This document shows positions 26,301 to 38,500 of a stretch of DNA of 64,000 nucleotides, piece after piece. The notes beneath the pieces were generated by a model, which saw nothing but the letters and a program-made list of their open reading frames with translations, was not told where the DNA came from and did not search any database. The position numbers and the translations under genes are program-made. The DNA is from Pocillopora damicornis (taxonomy: Eukaryota): the NCBI RefSeq assembly GCF_003704095.1, contig NW_020845694.1, positions 310,001 to 374,000 on the forward strand. Reading direction: 5' to 3'. The number at the start of each line of letters is the position of its first letter. Within the stretch, counting starts at the first letter, position 1.

Positions 26301-29300
26301 CCAAACAGATGGTGGTGAGAGGTTTTATACCTGGTAGACCACCAATAACCTGCTTTTGTAGAAACCCCTGGGACACACAATGGGTAACTGATGGTGTGAC
26401 ACCCAGCTGTGCCCAGAGAAGGGAACCCTAAGACAAAATCCAACCACAAGAACCTGGTTGGTAGACCACCAGTAACCAGCTTTCATAGAAACCCCTGGGA
26501 CACACAACCAGTAACTCCTCAATTTGCCACTACTAGTACTAACTCCCATCCCTTAATTTAGCCAATCAACACAAGAAATCCATTTCCTACTAAATTTAGC
26601 AACCAATGAGCTTTCAAGGGAGACAGTCCTGATCAAAAGTAAAATTCTCTCAATAAAATGAAAAATATAAAAAAAAAAATCATATAATTTGATCCTGAAA
26701 AGACTGAGATGGTTAAAATCGATACTCACAACTCCTTAGAAGCTGCTGCATGAGCACCCAAAATGGAATCAAGTGATACAGTCCTCAAGTCTAACCCTGC
26801 CAACTGAAGAGGAAAAAAGAAATCATGTCAGCTAGACAAGCACATAACTAGTTACAACTAAATTTTTCTGTTACCAACAGCAGTCTGGAATTATGATTTT
26901 AATTTTTTTTTACATCAACTGCTACACTCATCACCACTTCATACCACAACATCAATGTGCATAATTATTCTCTATACTGTTCTCCATACATGTACTGAGA
27001 TTTTGACAAGGAGATTATGTATAGCAATCAACAGCTTCTTCAGTTGGTGATCATTTTGTATTATTCTTCTGACCATAGATTCAGGGTTGATACTGTAAGG
27101 AGATATTAGATGCCAATCACTCTAAGGGGTCAGACAGTTAAGCAACCAGGAGTACCGCTACTCTCTCCTGGTTGGGAAGCCAAGTCATTGCGAGTATATT
27201 CCCACACTCAAAGCATTCATCAGTTCCCCTTCCCCCTGACTGTCTACCAGTTTCTATTTGATAATATTGGGTGGAAAAAGATACAGGAAGGACAATTTAG
27301 ACCGGGAACACATGACAATGACCCCTGCAAAGACTTGCACCCAGGGCCCCAACATTTTAATCGGGAGTCCTGCACACTACAAATCTAACTCTTTTACCAA
27401 TGTAAAAGAAATGGATCGTAAAAAATAAATAGTAAAAAAAATGAAAACCCAAAAATCCAATCAAATCAGTCACCTCCCATTTCCCTGTGGCTCGTGCTGT
27501 ACCAATCAGGTTGACCAGATTGTCAATGTCATAATCCAAGTCTTCATGTCGTGTCTCAAGGTGAGCTAATTGTTGAGTTGTTATGTTTAGCTCCTCTTTC
27601 AAGGCCTGGTAATAATGCGCAACAATATCACTGATTAATTATAAATGTGAATTTACTCTTCCAAATGAGGTTAATGCTCACAAAAACTTAAAGAATAAAA
27701 ATAAAATTCCAATTATAGGAGCTCCAACAGCTGTATTTAAAACTCTGTTACAACTCCTACTACACTCCAACTCTGTTGCCTGCAAAAACCAGGCATTAAG
27801 GATCGGTAGTCATTCTGTTTACTAACACATTAAGGTTCAAATAATGCAGAATTAAACTTGCAAGTAATAATGTCACTTTCTCCCTTGTTTCGACTCTCTC
27901 AATAACACAGTGTCTACTTTTCAGAACATCTAAAACAAAATTAAGCCTCCTAGACCTGTGAGAAATTCCTATCACCAAACTTCAAGTCAAAGAGCCCCTA
28001 AAGTTTGTCTGCTACTGGATTTTAAGTGTCTTCGACAAAAATATTACATGCTACAAGCACAGCAAGCTCACCTTAATCTCCTCCACATAATCTTTCTTCT
28101 CTTTGCTCAGCTTTTCGACCTGGACATCCAGTTCACTTGCCCTTGATGTGTAATCCTTATCAAATTGGTACAAAACTTAACATTAACTTCTTGTTTCTGG
28201 TTTGTATGAATTAAATTAAAAAATATAGACTTGTATGAAATATCACATTCAACACCTATAATCCCTGGTGTGTAAATTCTAAACAGGAGACTTTGTAGCA
28301 TAAGTGCCAAATGTTTTCTTTGGCTTTTGAAGCTGCACAAGAAAAATCTAGGAGTATAACTTCTCCACCCAGATGGGATGTTCAACTCTGGTGTGAGCTA
28401 CCTCTCTACATTTTTTCAGGTTCTGCTAAGACATCAGCTGGTATTCATTTAATACACTGTTTGGCAAGAGAAAGCAGTGTAGGTATGAGCAAAGAAAATG
28501 ATGCTGAGGCCTGCTCCTTAAAATTCCCAGTACTCAATACCAGTTCCCAACGCTTATTTTATTCAGCTGTGATTACATCCAAGATCAAGACAACAACAGC
28601 TCCCCGATTCAAACAAGGAAAAATATCAAGTAATGAGACAGAATATATTAGCTTATGAGCTAAGACCCATGCTTCTATCTCTTACTAGTGAGATTTTAAT
28701 ACATAGCTTAGGCTTCATAAAGTTACTGGAATATCTGATGAAATAGCTCCCTGATGAAGGTTTAAACCCAGATCCAGAGAACAGTAAAGAGATCACTAGT
28801 TTTCACATAAGTTATGCAGGTACATGTAGCACCATGCTCAAAACCTCCCTGTGTGAAATACATGTGCATATACCTTGAGAGACAATGTTGTTCTTTGGAG
28901 TTTATTTTCCATCAATGCCACCCTGTCATTGGCTTCTCTCTCTAGTTCCTCAACAGTTTGTACCAGGATCTCATTTTGATCACTGAGTTCATTCACATAG
29001 GACTGTAGGGACTGGAGTTGATGCTGCAAAATTTGTCAACGTTAATTTATATCCAATCCAATTGACAGTGTCCTAATATTTACTTTTTTAGCAAGTGAAC
29101 ATTTCTGGATAATTATTTTTTGATGCTTTTAACCAAAATTGGATGCTACTTTTAATTTGTTTTAGCAGTTTCACTAGATTATTACTCAGCTGATAAAAGT
29201 CGATGTTAAGTTTAAGAACTATAATTCCTAAACTGAACACTTAAAGCAAAAATGTGTTGTCAGACCAGTGGACCACCCTTGCAAATCGTAACGCCAAAGT

Positions 29301-30302
29301 TACAAATCTACATGCAGTAAATAATACCTTGTAGCTTAACATCTTAACAAGAATTAGGAACAAGCCCACAGACAATTATACATGTATGTCTAGGTCTCTG
29401 TAAACAGACTAAGCATTTCGTAGATTTGTCGGAAAGAATTAACTTCGTGGATAGAAAATAAAAAAAAAAAAGACAACCCTTTGCATTTATAAAACAGTAA
29501 TAGCATAAAAGTAGATTAAAAGTTACGAGCTAAGCTTTCAAAAAAAGTATCAAAGTAATGCCTACATCCGCAGCCATCAATTTTCCTGTCAAAAATTCTC
29601 ACTGCTCACATGCATGCCTCGGTGACCAAAACGCTACACTTTACTAAGTAAACAAAACAGCCGCTTTTAAGTCATTCGGAGTCCTTACAGCTTGTAGAGA
29701 TCTAAAGAATTTCTAGGAATGAATAAATATCTTATGGTCCAAAAAAAAAAATTAATCATAGATCAAGAAAATGAAAAATAGAAGCACGTTTCCGCTCGTG
29801 AATGAAGTTCTAACGAACCGCTGGCCTAAAGCATTTGTGTGTGTGCAAATGGCTAACGGCTTAACAACATTCACCGGATGCAAGATAAAATTAAAAAAAA
29901 AAGTCAGAATGAAAAGCTAGTTTAAGCGCCATTGTATCGTTAAGAATCCAATCAGCTGCCCATTTTGAAATAAAGAGATTTTTCTTATTCCTCGAAATTA
30001 CTTATAAATTAAAACTGACGTGTTCGGTCGATCAACATTTTAAAATCTTGCCGCGAGAGATCGAATATCGATCTCATTGTTTACACGTTACGGGGACGAT
30101 GTCGTTAAAATCGCAGTGATCTTACCCTGTGAGCCTCTTCTCTTTTCTCCCCTATTTCCTCCATGTCTTTCAACCTGTTCCGATACATTCCTCGCAATTC
30201 GTCCGCCAGCAAGCTGTCGCTATCGCTGTCCTCGTCCAATTCCCCGAGAAGATCTCCACCTAGCAGAAAACTCTCTCCAAGATCTTTCGTTTTGGTACTC
30301 AT
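317..30302 (-). CDS. Giant coiled-coil protein, 3'-partial (>=52 exons, >=1659 aa in window); possibly CCDC18/PMFBP1-like, family not confirmed
   Basis: Hand-spliced exons 5'->3': 30302-30126 (MSTKTKDLG...), 29023-28874, 28155-28072, 27605-27474, 26803-26730, 26051-25940, 25536-25198, 24669-24424, then the rod exons 23702-23640, 23355-23293, 23121-22963, 22371-22288, 21135-21073, 20678-20616, 20018-19944, 19826-19743, 19316-19254, 19106-19023, 18730-18647, 18534-18460, 17728-17645, 17334-17272, 16799-16716, 16485-16402, 15907-15824, 15686-15603, 15438-15343, 12940-12857, 11077-10994, 10594-10511, 10035-9847, 9682-9620, 9250-9176, 9015-8932, 8469-8386, 7482-7420, 7303-7199, 6907-6845, 6526-6443, 5483-5400, 4888-4826, 4252-4169, 4073-3990, 3467-3384, 2781-2707, 2274-2191, 2084-2001, 1759-1676, 1572-1489, 1273-1190, 1081-998, 400-317. 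All have AG acceptors and GT donors (one GC). They join into one open, E/K/Q/L-rich heptad frame. No stop codon was reached. Confidence 0.88.
3129..3311. repeat. 61-bp tandem repeat, 3 copies (intronic)
   Basis: Unit CACTTTCATT...GAGAGCCTGGAAAAAGCTAAT..AGCCCCAGTCCAT starts at 3129, 3190 and 3251. Confidence 0.9.
7304..7419 (-). other. GC-AG intron in the coiled-coil gene
   Basis: Donor CAG|GCAAGT closes a 63-nt phase-0 exon (INRLEQTVRSQEKDMTETRNQ) that fits the exon-length pattern. Confidence 0.8.
7770..8032 (+). repeat. Dispersed repeat shared with 60612-60895
   Basis: Both copies contain TATACCACA..GTGAAT, GGAAGTGAATA.CAAGTACTATTCACCTC and ACAATTATTCAC. Confidence 0.7.
8285..8355. repeat. 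(GACA)n microsatellite; another at ~7632-7699
   Basis: Direct inspection. Confidence 0.95.
9326..9510 (+). mobile_element. tRNA-related palindromic interspersed element
   Basis: Inverted arms AAAAAATTCCGAGTCCCCATGAG ... CTCGTGGGGACTCAGAATTTTTT around a tRNA-like TGGCTAAGCGGTAGAGCA segment. Confidence 0.55.
12331..12363 (-). CDS. Candidate alternative (internal) first coding exon of the coiled-coil gene, MNTLRRNHLAL
   Basis: acaATG at 12363, 11 codons, then a strong phase-0 donor TTG|GTAAGG compatible with the exon at 11077. It is preceded by a CpG-rich stretch with a CRE-like TGACGTAA (~12440-12447). Confidence 0.45.
16030..16335 (+). repeat. Dispersed ~250-300 bp repeat family (AAGCGCGGGAAA / TGATTGGTTGAG / ACCAATCAC / TTCGACACTCAATT)
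   Basis: Similar copies at about 520-790, 10170-10360, 13150-13410 (-), 17850-18135 (-), 34560-34790, 37650-37950, 46720-46940 and 56040-56190. Confidence 0.75.
18175..18381 (-). mobile_element. ~200-bp MITE-like element with TTAACCC...GGGTTAA ends (piggyBac-like termini); abundant family
   Basis: Related copies at about 19510-19718, 26950-27140, 36910-37115, 38960-39165, 39300-39510, 42100-42237, 43902-44121, 50220-50433 and 52400-52605 share CTAATTTCTCCTTA, GAAATGATCACCAAC and GTATGGAGAATATGCAT. Confidence 0.7.
24774..24873. other. Assembly gap (100 N) inside an intron of the coiled-coil gene
   Basis: Run of N; true size unknown. The flanking exons are phase-compatible, so phase-0 exons could be hidden here. 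Confidence 0.99.
26332..26516. repeat. ~57-bp imperfect direct repeat pair
   Basis: GGTAGACCACCA.TAACC.GCTTT..TAGAAACCCCTGGGACACACAA at ~26333 and ~26460. Confidence 0.75.
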
Positions 30303-30537
30303 CAGACCTGACTTTCGATCGCTGAGTTCTGGAGAGGGAATCAAGCGACACCCAGCTGAGTGTTAGCCCAAATGATGTTTCGTGATTATTTGGTCCTTGT
30401 GTACATGTCAAAACTTTCAAAAGGCAGTCGAGCGCTGCAGTAACACAACAAAACAAACCGAACGCGCTTGGGAAAAGGACGCTCGTATCCGGAAGATATG
30501 ATTGGTCGAATTGTTACAACTCATTATTGATGTTTTT

Positions 30538-30547
30538 CCAAATAAGG
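30538..30547. promoter_or_regulatory. Perfect CArG box (CCAAATAAGG) upstream of the coiled-coil gene, near a CCAAT box
   Basis: CC(A/T)6GG about 240 bp upstream of the ATG; ATTGG at ~30501-30505. Motif match only. Confidence 0.3.
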
Positions 30548-31014
30548 TGATGCTACTGTTTGAGGTCAATTAGAGACCAGAATGGCGCGAACAATAGCAA
30601 CGCTTTCTTGAAATTGTTCTTTGTAGGACAATATAAAGGCATTTAAAATTTCATTAGCCCGTTCGTCAAAACACCATTTTTTTTCGGGATTATCTTGTTC
30701 TATAGTCTGTAATTAATCGTAAATTGTTTAAAAATGCACGCGTTCTTCATATTGCAGGTATTGATTGCACTTGAAGCTCGTGCTTGCTTTAGAGATCTCT
30801 ACTGACAAAATCGCCATGACTACAAGTAAATCTAGTTTTAAATCAACTATCATTCAATAAAGCCATTTCTAACATGACTGTTCAAAATAAAATTATAAAA
30901 TATTACCGCGCTTCTCTTCCGGCTGTCAAACTACGGTTAAAACACAAATAATTCTTGGGTGGTTATTTTGTAAAGTTTTATTTAGCTTCGTGTTGTATCA
31001 ACCGTGAAAACGTG

Positions 31015-31660
31015 AAGCTCCGTACAGTGATCATGATAGTTGATGCGCGTTTGAACACGAATGTTCGAGCACTGTCATCAACTATCATCGACTATCATCA
31101 ACCATCATGCAGTTTGGGCATGTTCAAATTCGACTTAATATCTGATTAATAGTTGATGACAGTTTTTGCAGTTTGAACGAGCGGATGATAGTTTTTCGGT
31201 CAGTGGTTTTGCCAAAAACCGGTTTAGAGGTGAAATGGCTAAAGCTGCCGTCAAAATTTCGTAGAATGTCTTGTTATTCATTCTCGTCAATTCCTTGTAG
31301 GCTTCCGTATCTTCCGTTCGCAATTCCTACACTCATCAACTCTCCTTCGCATCCAATCCTTCGTCCTTCCTCGTTCGTGGCAATCAAGCAACTCTTCAGA
31401 AAATTAATCCTGCATCAAATTTTGTGAAACTATATGTGCCACTAACTACTCTTTTCGGCCGATACAGAGCCATTTTTGTCACAAATTTTAAAACGCCACC
31501 ATAAGTGCTGACCTTAACGCCACAATTTGTGTACAAAATACCATGTACCGGTTAGCAGCATGATTTCATTGCGTTATTTAATTTCGGGAACCATCAACAA
31601 CCTTCATGAACCTTATGAACACAAACATGATAGTCAATGACAGTGAACAGGAGCCCATGA
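31015..31660 (-). mobile_element. Degenerate PIF/Harbinger-derived fragment
   Basis: The minus-strand peptide (L)RTEDTEAYKELTRMNNKTFYEIL resembles the N-terminal 'RM...F..L' motif of Harbinger transposase/HARBI1-like nucleases. It is flanked by repeated GATAGTTGATG/CATCAACTATC subterminal motifs. Confidence 0.5.
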
Positions 31661-32993
31661 AAAAAAGTTGAAACGAGATACTCGTCCAGCAAAGCCAAAG
31701 AGAGCTCATCTCAGGTTATCCAGCTTGCTGGCGGACGAATTGCGAGGAAAGCCAATACAGTTTCGCAGAAAAATTCCCCCTCATACACCTCTCTTCCACC
31801 CCCTTCCCTCACCCTTATCCCACCCCACCCAAGGCACAAGCGTCCAGGCTCTCCGCAGTCTGCGCTCATTTTCCCGGTTTCTTTGTAGTCTATGAGTAAC
31901 CTGAAGAACTGAGGAAACAGGAACAAGGAAGAAGGTGAAAACAGCGTGGTCTCAGTGATATGCTGTTCTAGCCCGTGTCAAATTCATAATTGTGTAATTA
32001 TATATTAAGTGCTGCCAAACGACGCGAAAAGTCTTTCTTTACCTATCCTGTGTCATTTGATCTGGTTTTTTTTCTCGCCTTGTCAATCAATCATCCAATC
32101 ATTCGTTCGTTACTTCGTTCATTCGTTCCCTTGTTCTTTCATTTGAGTTTTTTCCACTGCTGATTTATCCATTTATTTATTTATTTATTTTATATATTCA
32201 TATTCACTAAGTTAAACAGTTTCCTTCTATCAAAAAAGTTATTTATCTCCCTTTTCCTTCCATTTGTTTCCGTTGGTCTGTGGTCAGACAATAACATCCA
32301 ATACTGAGAAGCAAAGTGGTTATTTATTTTGCCAACTACGCTGTGAAGTTGTTTCATTGTCTCCTTGAAGCATCCTTAAGGGAACGGATACGTCGCGCTA
32401 AGCGCATTGTAAGGATTTTAGATTAATTGTCGCCGGCGATACATATCAATCTTCTCCTTTATGAATCGTCCTCGTTCTTATTGGCGTCAAAGATACTTTC
32501 TATTTTATTCCATTTAATTGATAATTTTCATGTGGCTAAAAAATAACCAAATTATCCGTGTTAAGTCTGTACATCCGCCCTTTCTATACTCTATTTATTA
32601 CAGTGCAAACATGTCACGGTATTATTAAAACGCGTGGTCAATATAATTGACTCGGCCCTGTCGGCGTGTTGGACATAAAACATGTTTTTAAGTGAGGCTA
32701 AGCTAAGGAGTCTTTGATATTGAGACGATCTGTCATTTATCATATAAATAAAACTGATTTTCATCAAAATAGTTATGTATACTTTGCCTGATGTTTAACG
32801 TAAGGTTGTTTGGAACTCCCCGGGAAATGGCCTATTGGTACGATCGTCAAAAGAAGAATAAGACTGAAAAATGTTGGAAAACAGTTGAGGAGCTGGCATG
32901 CTGAGTTTAAGGAAATGTGCTTACATGTTTTTTCGTCTCATTTCAATTCATTCTGAATTTAAACTGAACACAATTGCTTCTGAGATTTTAATC

Positions 32994-33932
32994 ATGAATT
33001 CCGCTAATGCTGACTGTCCATTCAATATCACAGACGAATTCTATACGTCTTCGCAGCTTTCAAAAGGATTCTATCTTCTATCGATCTTAAACTTGGTCTT
33101 CGACAGCTGTTTGCCTGTAATTTCTGTTGGAGGTAGCACCTTATTGATCTTGGCCATCTTCAAGTTCCCTCATCTTCGTGAAGTACCCAGCAATCTTCTC
33201 CTCACATCACAAGCAGTTTGTGATTTACTAATCGGAGTTTTTGCTCAGCCGTTGATCGCCGTAAGACTAGCAAGTCGACTTTTCGGCTTTGCTGACTGCT
33301 TATTGCAACAAAACTTTCTGAACGCGCTCGGAATGTACGTGACTCACTTCTTGTTGTATTCGTCTTGTCTGAATCTCTGTTTGATAACTGTAGATAGATA
33401 CGTTTGTATCACGCATCCTTTAGGATATCAAAGCCTAGTTACGGTCAAAACAGCCTTGAAGGCCATAATTGCTTGTTGGTCGCTTTCGGTAGCATTTGCC
33501 GCGGTGCCCGTCTTCCTCACACACAAAGCTGATACGTTATCCCCTGTAATAACTTCAAGAGCAGTCGCTTGTATTCCTCCCTTGCTGTTAGTGTTCACAA
33601 CTTTTTTCTGTTATTTCAAAATGACAAGAATTGCAAGACGACACTGGATGCTCATACGAGCGCTGGTCAGTGATACCAACAATCCGACAAAGCAAGATGT
33701 TAAAAGCACCAGAACCACTCTTATTATGGTTGGTGTTGTTTTCCTCTGCTATGTTCCTACAACTAGTGCAGTTTTAGGCTTGTACATCACCAAGAACCTG
33801 GCGCTTCTTGAAGTCGTTCTGCCGTTTCTGAGCACTCTGACCTTCCTCAACTCGAGCATAAATCCTTTGGTGTATTACGTGCGATGCAGAAGAATTCGCC
33901 GCTACGTCTGGAAGGTTATAAAGCGTAAATAA
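32994..33932 (+). CDS. Intronless rhodopsin-like (class A) G protein-coupled receptor, ~312 aa
   Basis: Seven hydrophobic segments, N-terminal N-glycosylation sequon NIT, SQAVCDLL (TM2), ITVDRY (TM3), CYVP (TM6), NSSINPLVY (TM7). The ORF is open from 32898; atcATG at 32994 is the more likely start. Confidence 0.9.
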   Translation: MNSANADCPFNITDEFYTSSQLSKGFYLLSILNLVFDSCLPVISVGGSTLLILAIFKFPHLREVPSNLLLTSQAVCDLLIGVFAQPLIAVRLASRLFGFADCLLQQNFLNALGMYVTHFLLYSSCLNLCLITVDRYVCITHPLGYQSLVTVKTALKAIIACWSLSVAFAAVPVFLTHKADTLSPVITSRAVACIPPLLLVFTTFFCYFKMTRIARRHWMLIRALVSDTNNPTKQDVKSTRTTLIMVGVVFLCYVPTTSAVLGLYITKNLALLEVVLPFLSTLTFLNSSINPLVYYVRCRRIRRYVWKVIKRK

Positions 33933-35581
33933 AATTGAACAATTCATGTATATCTAATCTTATCCGATTATTTCGTTCATGACTGTTCATGCAGAGGTCG
34001 GTCGGAACCAACATTGCCATGAATAACTGGATTTATAAAACTAAGAGTGGCGAATGGAACATTAAAGAATCACGGATTACTCTAAATTTTTGATCCAATG
34101 TTAAAATCTGGACAGCCTTTCCGTTAAATCTCTGAGTCTCGTATCTCTCCCAAAGTATTTAAGGTCTATATCATAGATTTGAACTTATAGGCAAGGATCT
34201 CGAGCGTAAGCCAGCAAGAGTGACTTAGAATTGTTACAAAGAATATCTACCGATTGCGTGAAGTTAGATTACCCCCGAATCACCAGATGTTTCTATATAT
34301 ATAAGTGATGCCAACTTTAAATTAAGATATAGAACCAGCTTCGCTAATTTTGAAACACCACTTCGCACATAGATCAATATTCCCACAATGTTTTGCATGT
34401 TTTCTTGAAAAAATTAACAAGGAAAAGAAATGTTTTTAAAATGACTCCTCAACATGTTGCGATCATTATTTAGAAATACAAGGTTACAATAACAACACTC
34501 AAGCCTCTTGGACAAGGATACCGTTTCTTAAAAGCGCATTTTGATCAAGTGTCGTGAAATTAAACCAAACTTATCACAACAGCCAATCAGATTAACGGTA
34601 AACACCACAAGGAGCCAATGAGAAGTCAAATTTTCAATAAGCTAACTCCCTTAAAGCGCGGGAAGACCGGTTTGTTCTGAATCTGATTGGTTGAGAAAGT
34701 GGCGCGAGTTTCAAGGACTAATGTCAGAGTGAGGTGAAGAAAACCAAAGAAATTTCGGATAACTTACGACACTCAGTTGAAAATTACACTATCGATAAAT
34801 TGTAAATGGCATATCATGGCAGACTCGCCTTTCTCGAAAGTTTTTTCAAATCTGTACTGGTAGTACTGATCCACCCGTCAACGATCAAGGCTACAATACC
34901 AAAAGAATACTGATCTTAATTATGGCATTATATTATCACATTATTAACATATCATTACAAGATAAATAACATATATAAAGAATACCTAGTAAGCTAATAG
35001 TTGGTACGATGGCTGTGCCGTACATTTTGAATTAATGTAAAGCGAGATACAACCAACGAGAAAAGCTTACCACAGAGCGACTAATTTAACTAAAATCCTT
35101 TTTTATGAACATACTGCAATCTTTGAATTTGAAATTGGATGAATTTTGTTCTCAGGCAGAGTGAACTTTACTTGAAGTTGGTCGGTTCTACTGTAACGGT
35201 CTCAGCAAACGTAAAAGTGTATTTTGGACAAAGAGTCCCTTGCAGAGTGTAAATCTCGTGTCGTCATAAGCCTTACCCTGGATTACGACCGCAGGCAGTG
35301 GTACGAAAAAGGCAGAAAAAGCAGCAAGTGTACCCTCCTGAAAAAGATCTTTGAAGGCGTCAGGGTTTGAACGCAGAAATTGCGGGAAAATACATACCCA
35401 CGCTTAAAGATCAAAATCTACTAAAACACATAGTCGGTAGATCATAGTAACTGCTGTAAAAAGTATTATTCACATGCAATTAACACAGTTTATTCTACAA
35501 AGTTTCAGTTCAGCAAGCACCAAAATGGGATATTGGGGAACTCTGCAACGAGCATTACACCATGTTGTATCGTTAAAAAGT

Positions 35582-38500
35582 TCACACAAAAGAGCCATCC
35601 TCTTGAAAAGACGAGCTACTGCTCGCCACTGACTCTGGCGCTGAGGGATCTCTGGAACCCGCCCGTGATGACTGGCCAGTGTCACTTCCTTCCCAGACTA
35701 GGTTCTCTCCGACTTGTAAAGCTGGACCGAGCTTATTGGCTACGTCCACAAGCTGTTGGTTACAATAAAGGAAAGAATGTAACAGCAAGCATGAAGAAAT
35801 TGAAAATCACGTAAATACAAAGTAGGAAAGCTATGAAGAAAAAAAGCAGTCTATTTCCACAGAGAGGGCAGAATTGCTAATACGTGCTGCGACTGTAATA
35901 ACATCTTTTTATAGTGGCTTTTGATTGTTAAACAATTTCTCCTTGGCAGCACCTTGGAAAATGTATAGAGAACAGTATGGAGAATGCAAACGGGTTAAAC
36001 GATTTGAGATGGCAAATTCACCTCAGCGTCAATCTCGACACCTTTGACTAATCGGTAGGATTCCATTTTTCTCTCGTAAATGTTAAACTGTTTCGCAGCG
36101 TCTTTCTTCTCGCCTGTATTATACAGGAAAATCGAGAAGTTCAAGTTTATAGAAGGATCGGAGCTGAAATAAAAATAAAAAAAATTCAACAGTCAAAGGA
36201 TTATCATCAAGTGTCACCAAAATTAAAAAAAACCAATTATCATTCTTCATCGATAAACGTATACGCAAGTTAATCCCGCTGTACCAACTGGTAGAATTAG
36301 TTCTTTGTTACTCGAGCTAGCTGTTTACGAATTTTTTCGTCATCCTATCCAGAGGGGGGTAGTGATACTCCTTGTCAATTCATGCTAAAGAAACCGGGAT
36401 AATCTACGGCTGAGTGGGCTCCTTGGCTCCAGTAGAGACTTAACCTTTTCCTCTAATTTCGATCAGTAACCTGGGCCGAATGGAGGAAACACGCTTGCTT
36501 TTGATTTTTTTTGTAAAATTTGAGTATAATTCTATTGATATTCTCACTTGTCTAAGTTTGCTGCCTGTTCGTATGCATGTCTAGCATTCTCGTGATCCTC
36601 CAGGTGTGTCAGGGCAACTGAAATAAGATACATATGACGGATAACATTGATAAACATATCAAACAAATGGAACAGAAAGTTTTATGAAACTCACGTGTGA
36701 TAAGAACAGCGACACTCACTTGCAAGTAACATAAAGAGGTGACCGTGCTTCGGTTTGAGGGTAATTGCTGCACTTAGGAAGTGAAAGGCAGACGCGTATC
36801 TGATGGACATTAAGGAAATAATTCTAGTACGCTTGCGTTAGTGATTACTTCGTCGACGCAAAAGAATCCGCGCGCAAAATTCCAGCCCGCGGCAACTGCG
36901 AAAAGTTACCGCTTACTCCCATGAGTGACCAAGACATAATTTCTCCTCACAATATCCATACAATCTAAAGCAAACAAATGATGTAAATAAATAAAAATGC
37001 CAATTACGGTATTATTAGAACATCCCATACCACATTCTCTGAACTAATATCATAAAAATTGTATCGCAGACAGTAAGGAGAATTATTAATAAGATTTTGA
37101 GAGTGAAAGAGTTAAAATGAAAGAATTACTATCGGAACTGCAAAGAACTGTCGATCACAATGATTTAAGCAAACCCTTTAGGAGAGTAAGCGAATACTTC
37201 CTCGTTTAGCGATCTTTTCAGTGAAGTGTAAAGGATACTGTTGCATTGTAAGGTGAATGATTCCCAAGTTATAAAGGATTTTCCAATCAAACGGTGCCAT
37301 GTATGTAGCTCTTTTGAGACAGCTGATGGCCTGAGGAAACCAAAATGAGTAAGAGACCTGGAAGTAGCAGTTTTAAATATTTCTTCGCATCTTTGAGAGC
37401 TTTTCGATTGAATATCGCAAGCTAAACCAATTAATCACCGCACTTAATTTGAACACCTGTCAACATCAAGGGAACCGGGGGAATTGGTGGTAAAAGGGCG
37501 GGAAAAAGACAAGCAACCAAGTTGTGACTGGTACTAGCCTTGCATCTGATTGGGTAGGAGTGTGGCAAGTGTGTGCGACCATTTGCGTAGTACAATGAAG
37601 TATGATCGCTCAAATGCAAATTCTCCAAACCTATTACTTACTATTGAATGACACTGAGCGCATTTCGATTGACTTTCGTAAAACTAATACCAAATTGTTT
37701 ACAACAACCAGCCAGAAGAAGGGAAATTATCGCAATGAACTAGTTGGAATTCAGAGAGCAAACAAGCAGACTTCCTGTAGCGCTGAAAAACGCGATAAAC
37801 CAGGTCGCCATCGGTTTTAGACTTAAATCTTATTGATTGGAAAGAAAGCTCGCCTTTTCAGGACCAATCACGGAGCAAAACAAAAAAAAAAAAACAAACA
37901 AACAAAGCAAACCCATGTTACTTCAGGTACTCAATATTGAAAATTTGCTCCCATCAACGTAACCAAAAAGACAAAACAAAACAAAAACGAATATATCATA
38001 TGTTCAGGAAACTCTTACAAATATTTAATACGCTTTGAAAATCTTCAAACCCAATTCTGGTCGATTAGACGCCTAAACTATAAAATTCGCATGTTAATCA
38101 ACTTACTGCGACATATTTCTTTTTTCCAAAGAAGCACATGCCGATGTTGTTCCACAAGTGAGGTGATTCAGGCGTAGCTGCGGCTGCTATTCTGTATTTG
38201 GTCAGTGCCACATCATAGTCACCGTGTGACTGAATCATAGAACCAGCTGCCAAGATAGCCTGGCAATAAAACACGAAAGCACAGTTAAATAATTACAGGA
38301 GAAGTGTGCATTAGAAACCATATGAGTTAAAACTTGTCCATTACAAATGAATAAAGGGGTTAGTTTCTAAAGAAACTGTATGCTGCGTCGGTGGGAGAGT
38401 GTAACAGGGTAATTAAGTATAACCAGCGAGTCGATAACGTATATAAACCACCGTAAAGAGTTTCAAAGATGACTTTCGAGCATTAGCCTTTCATTGGAGC

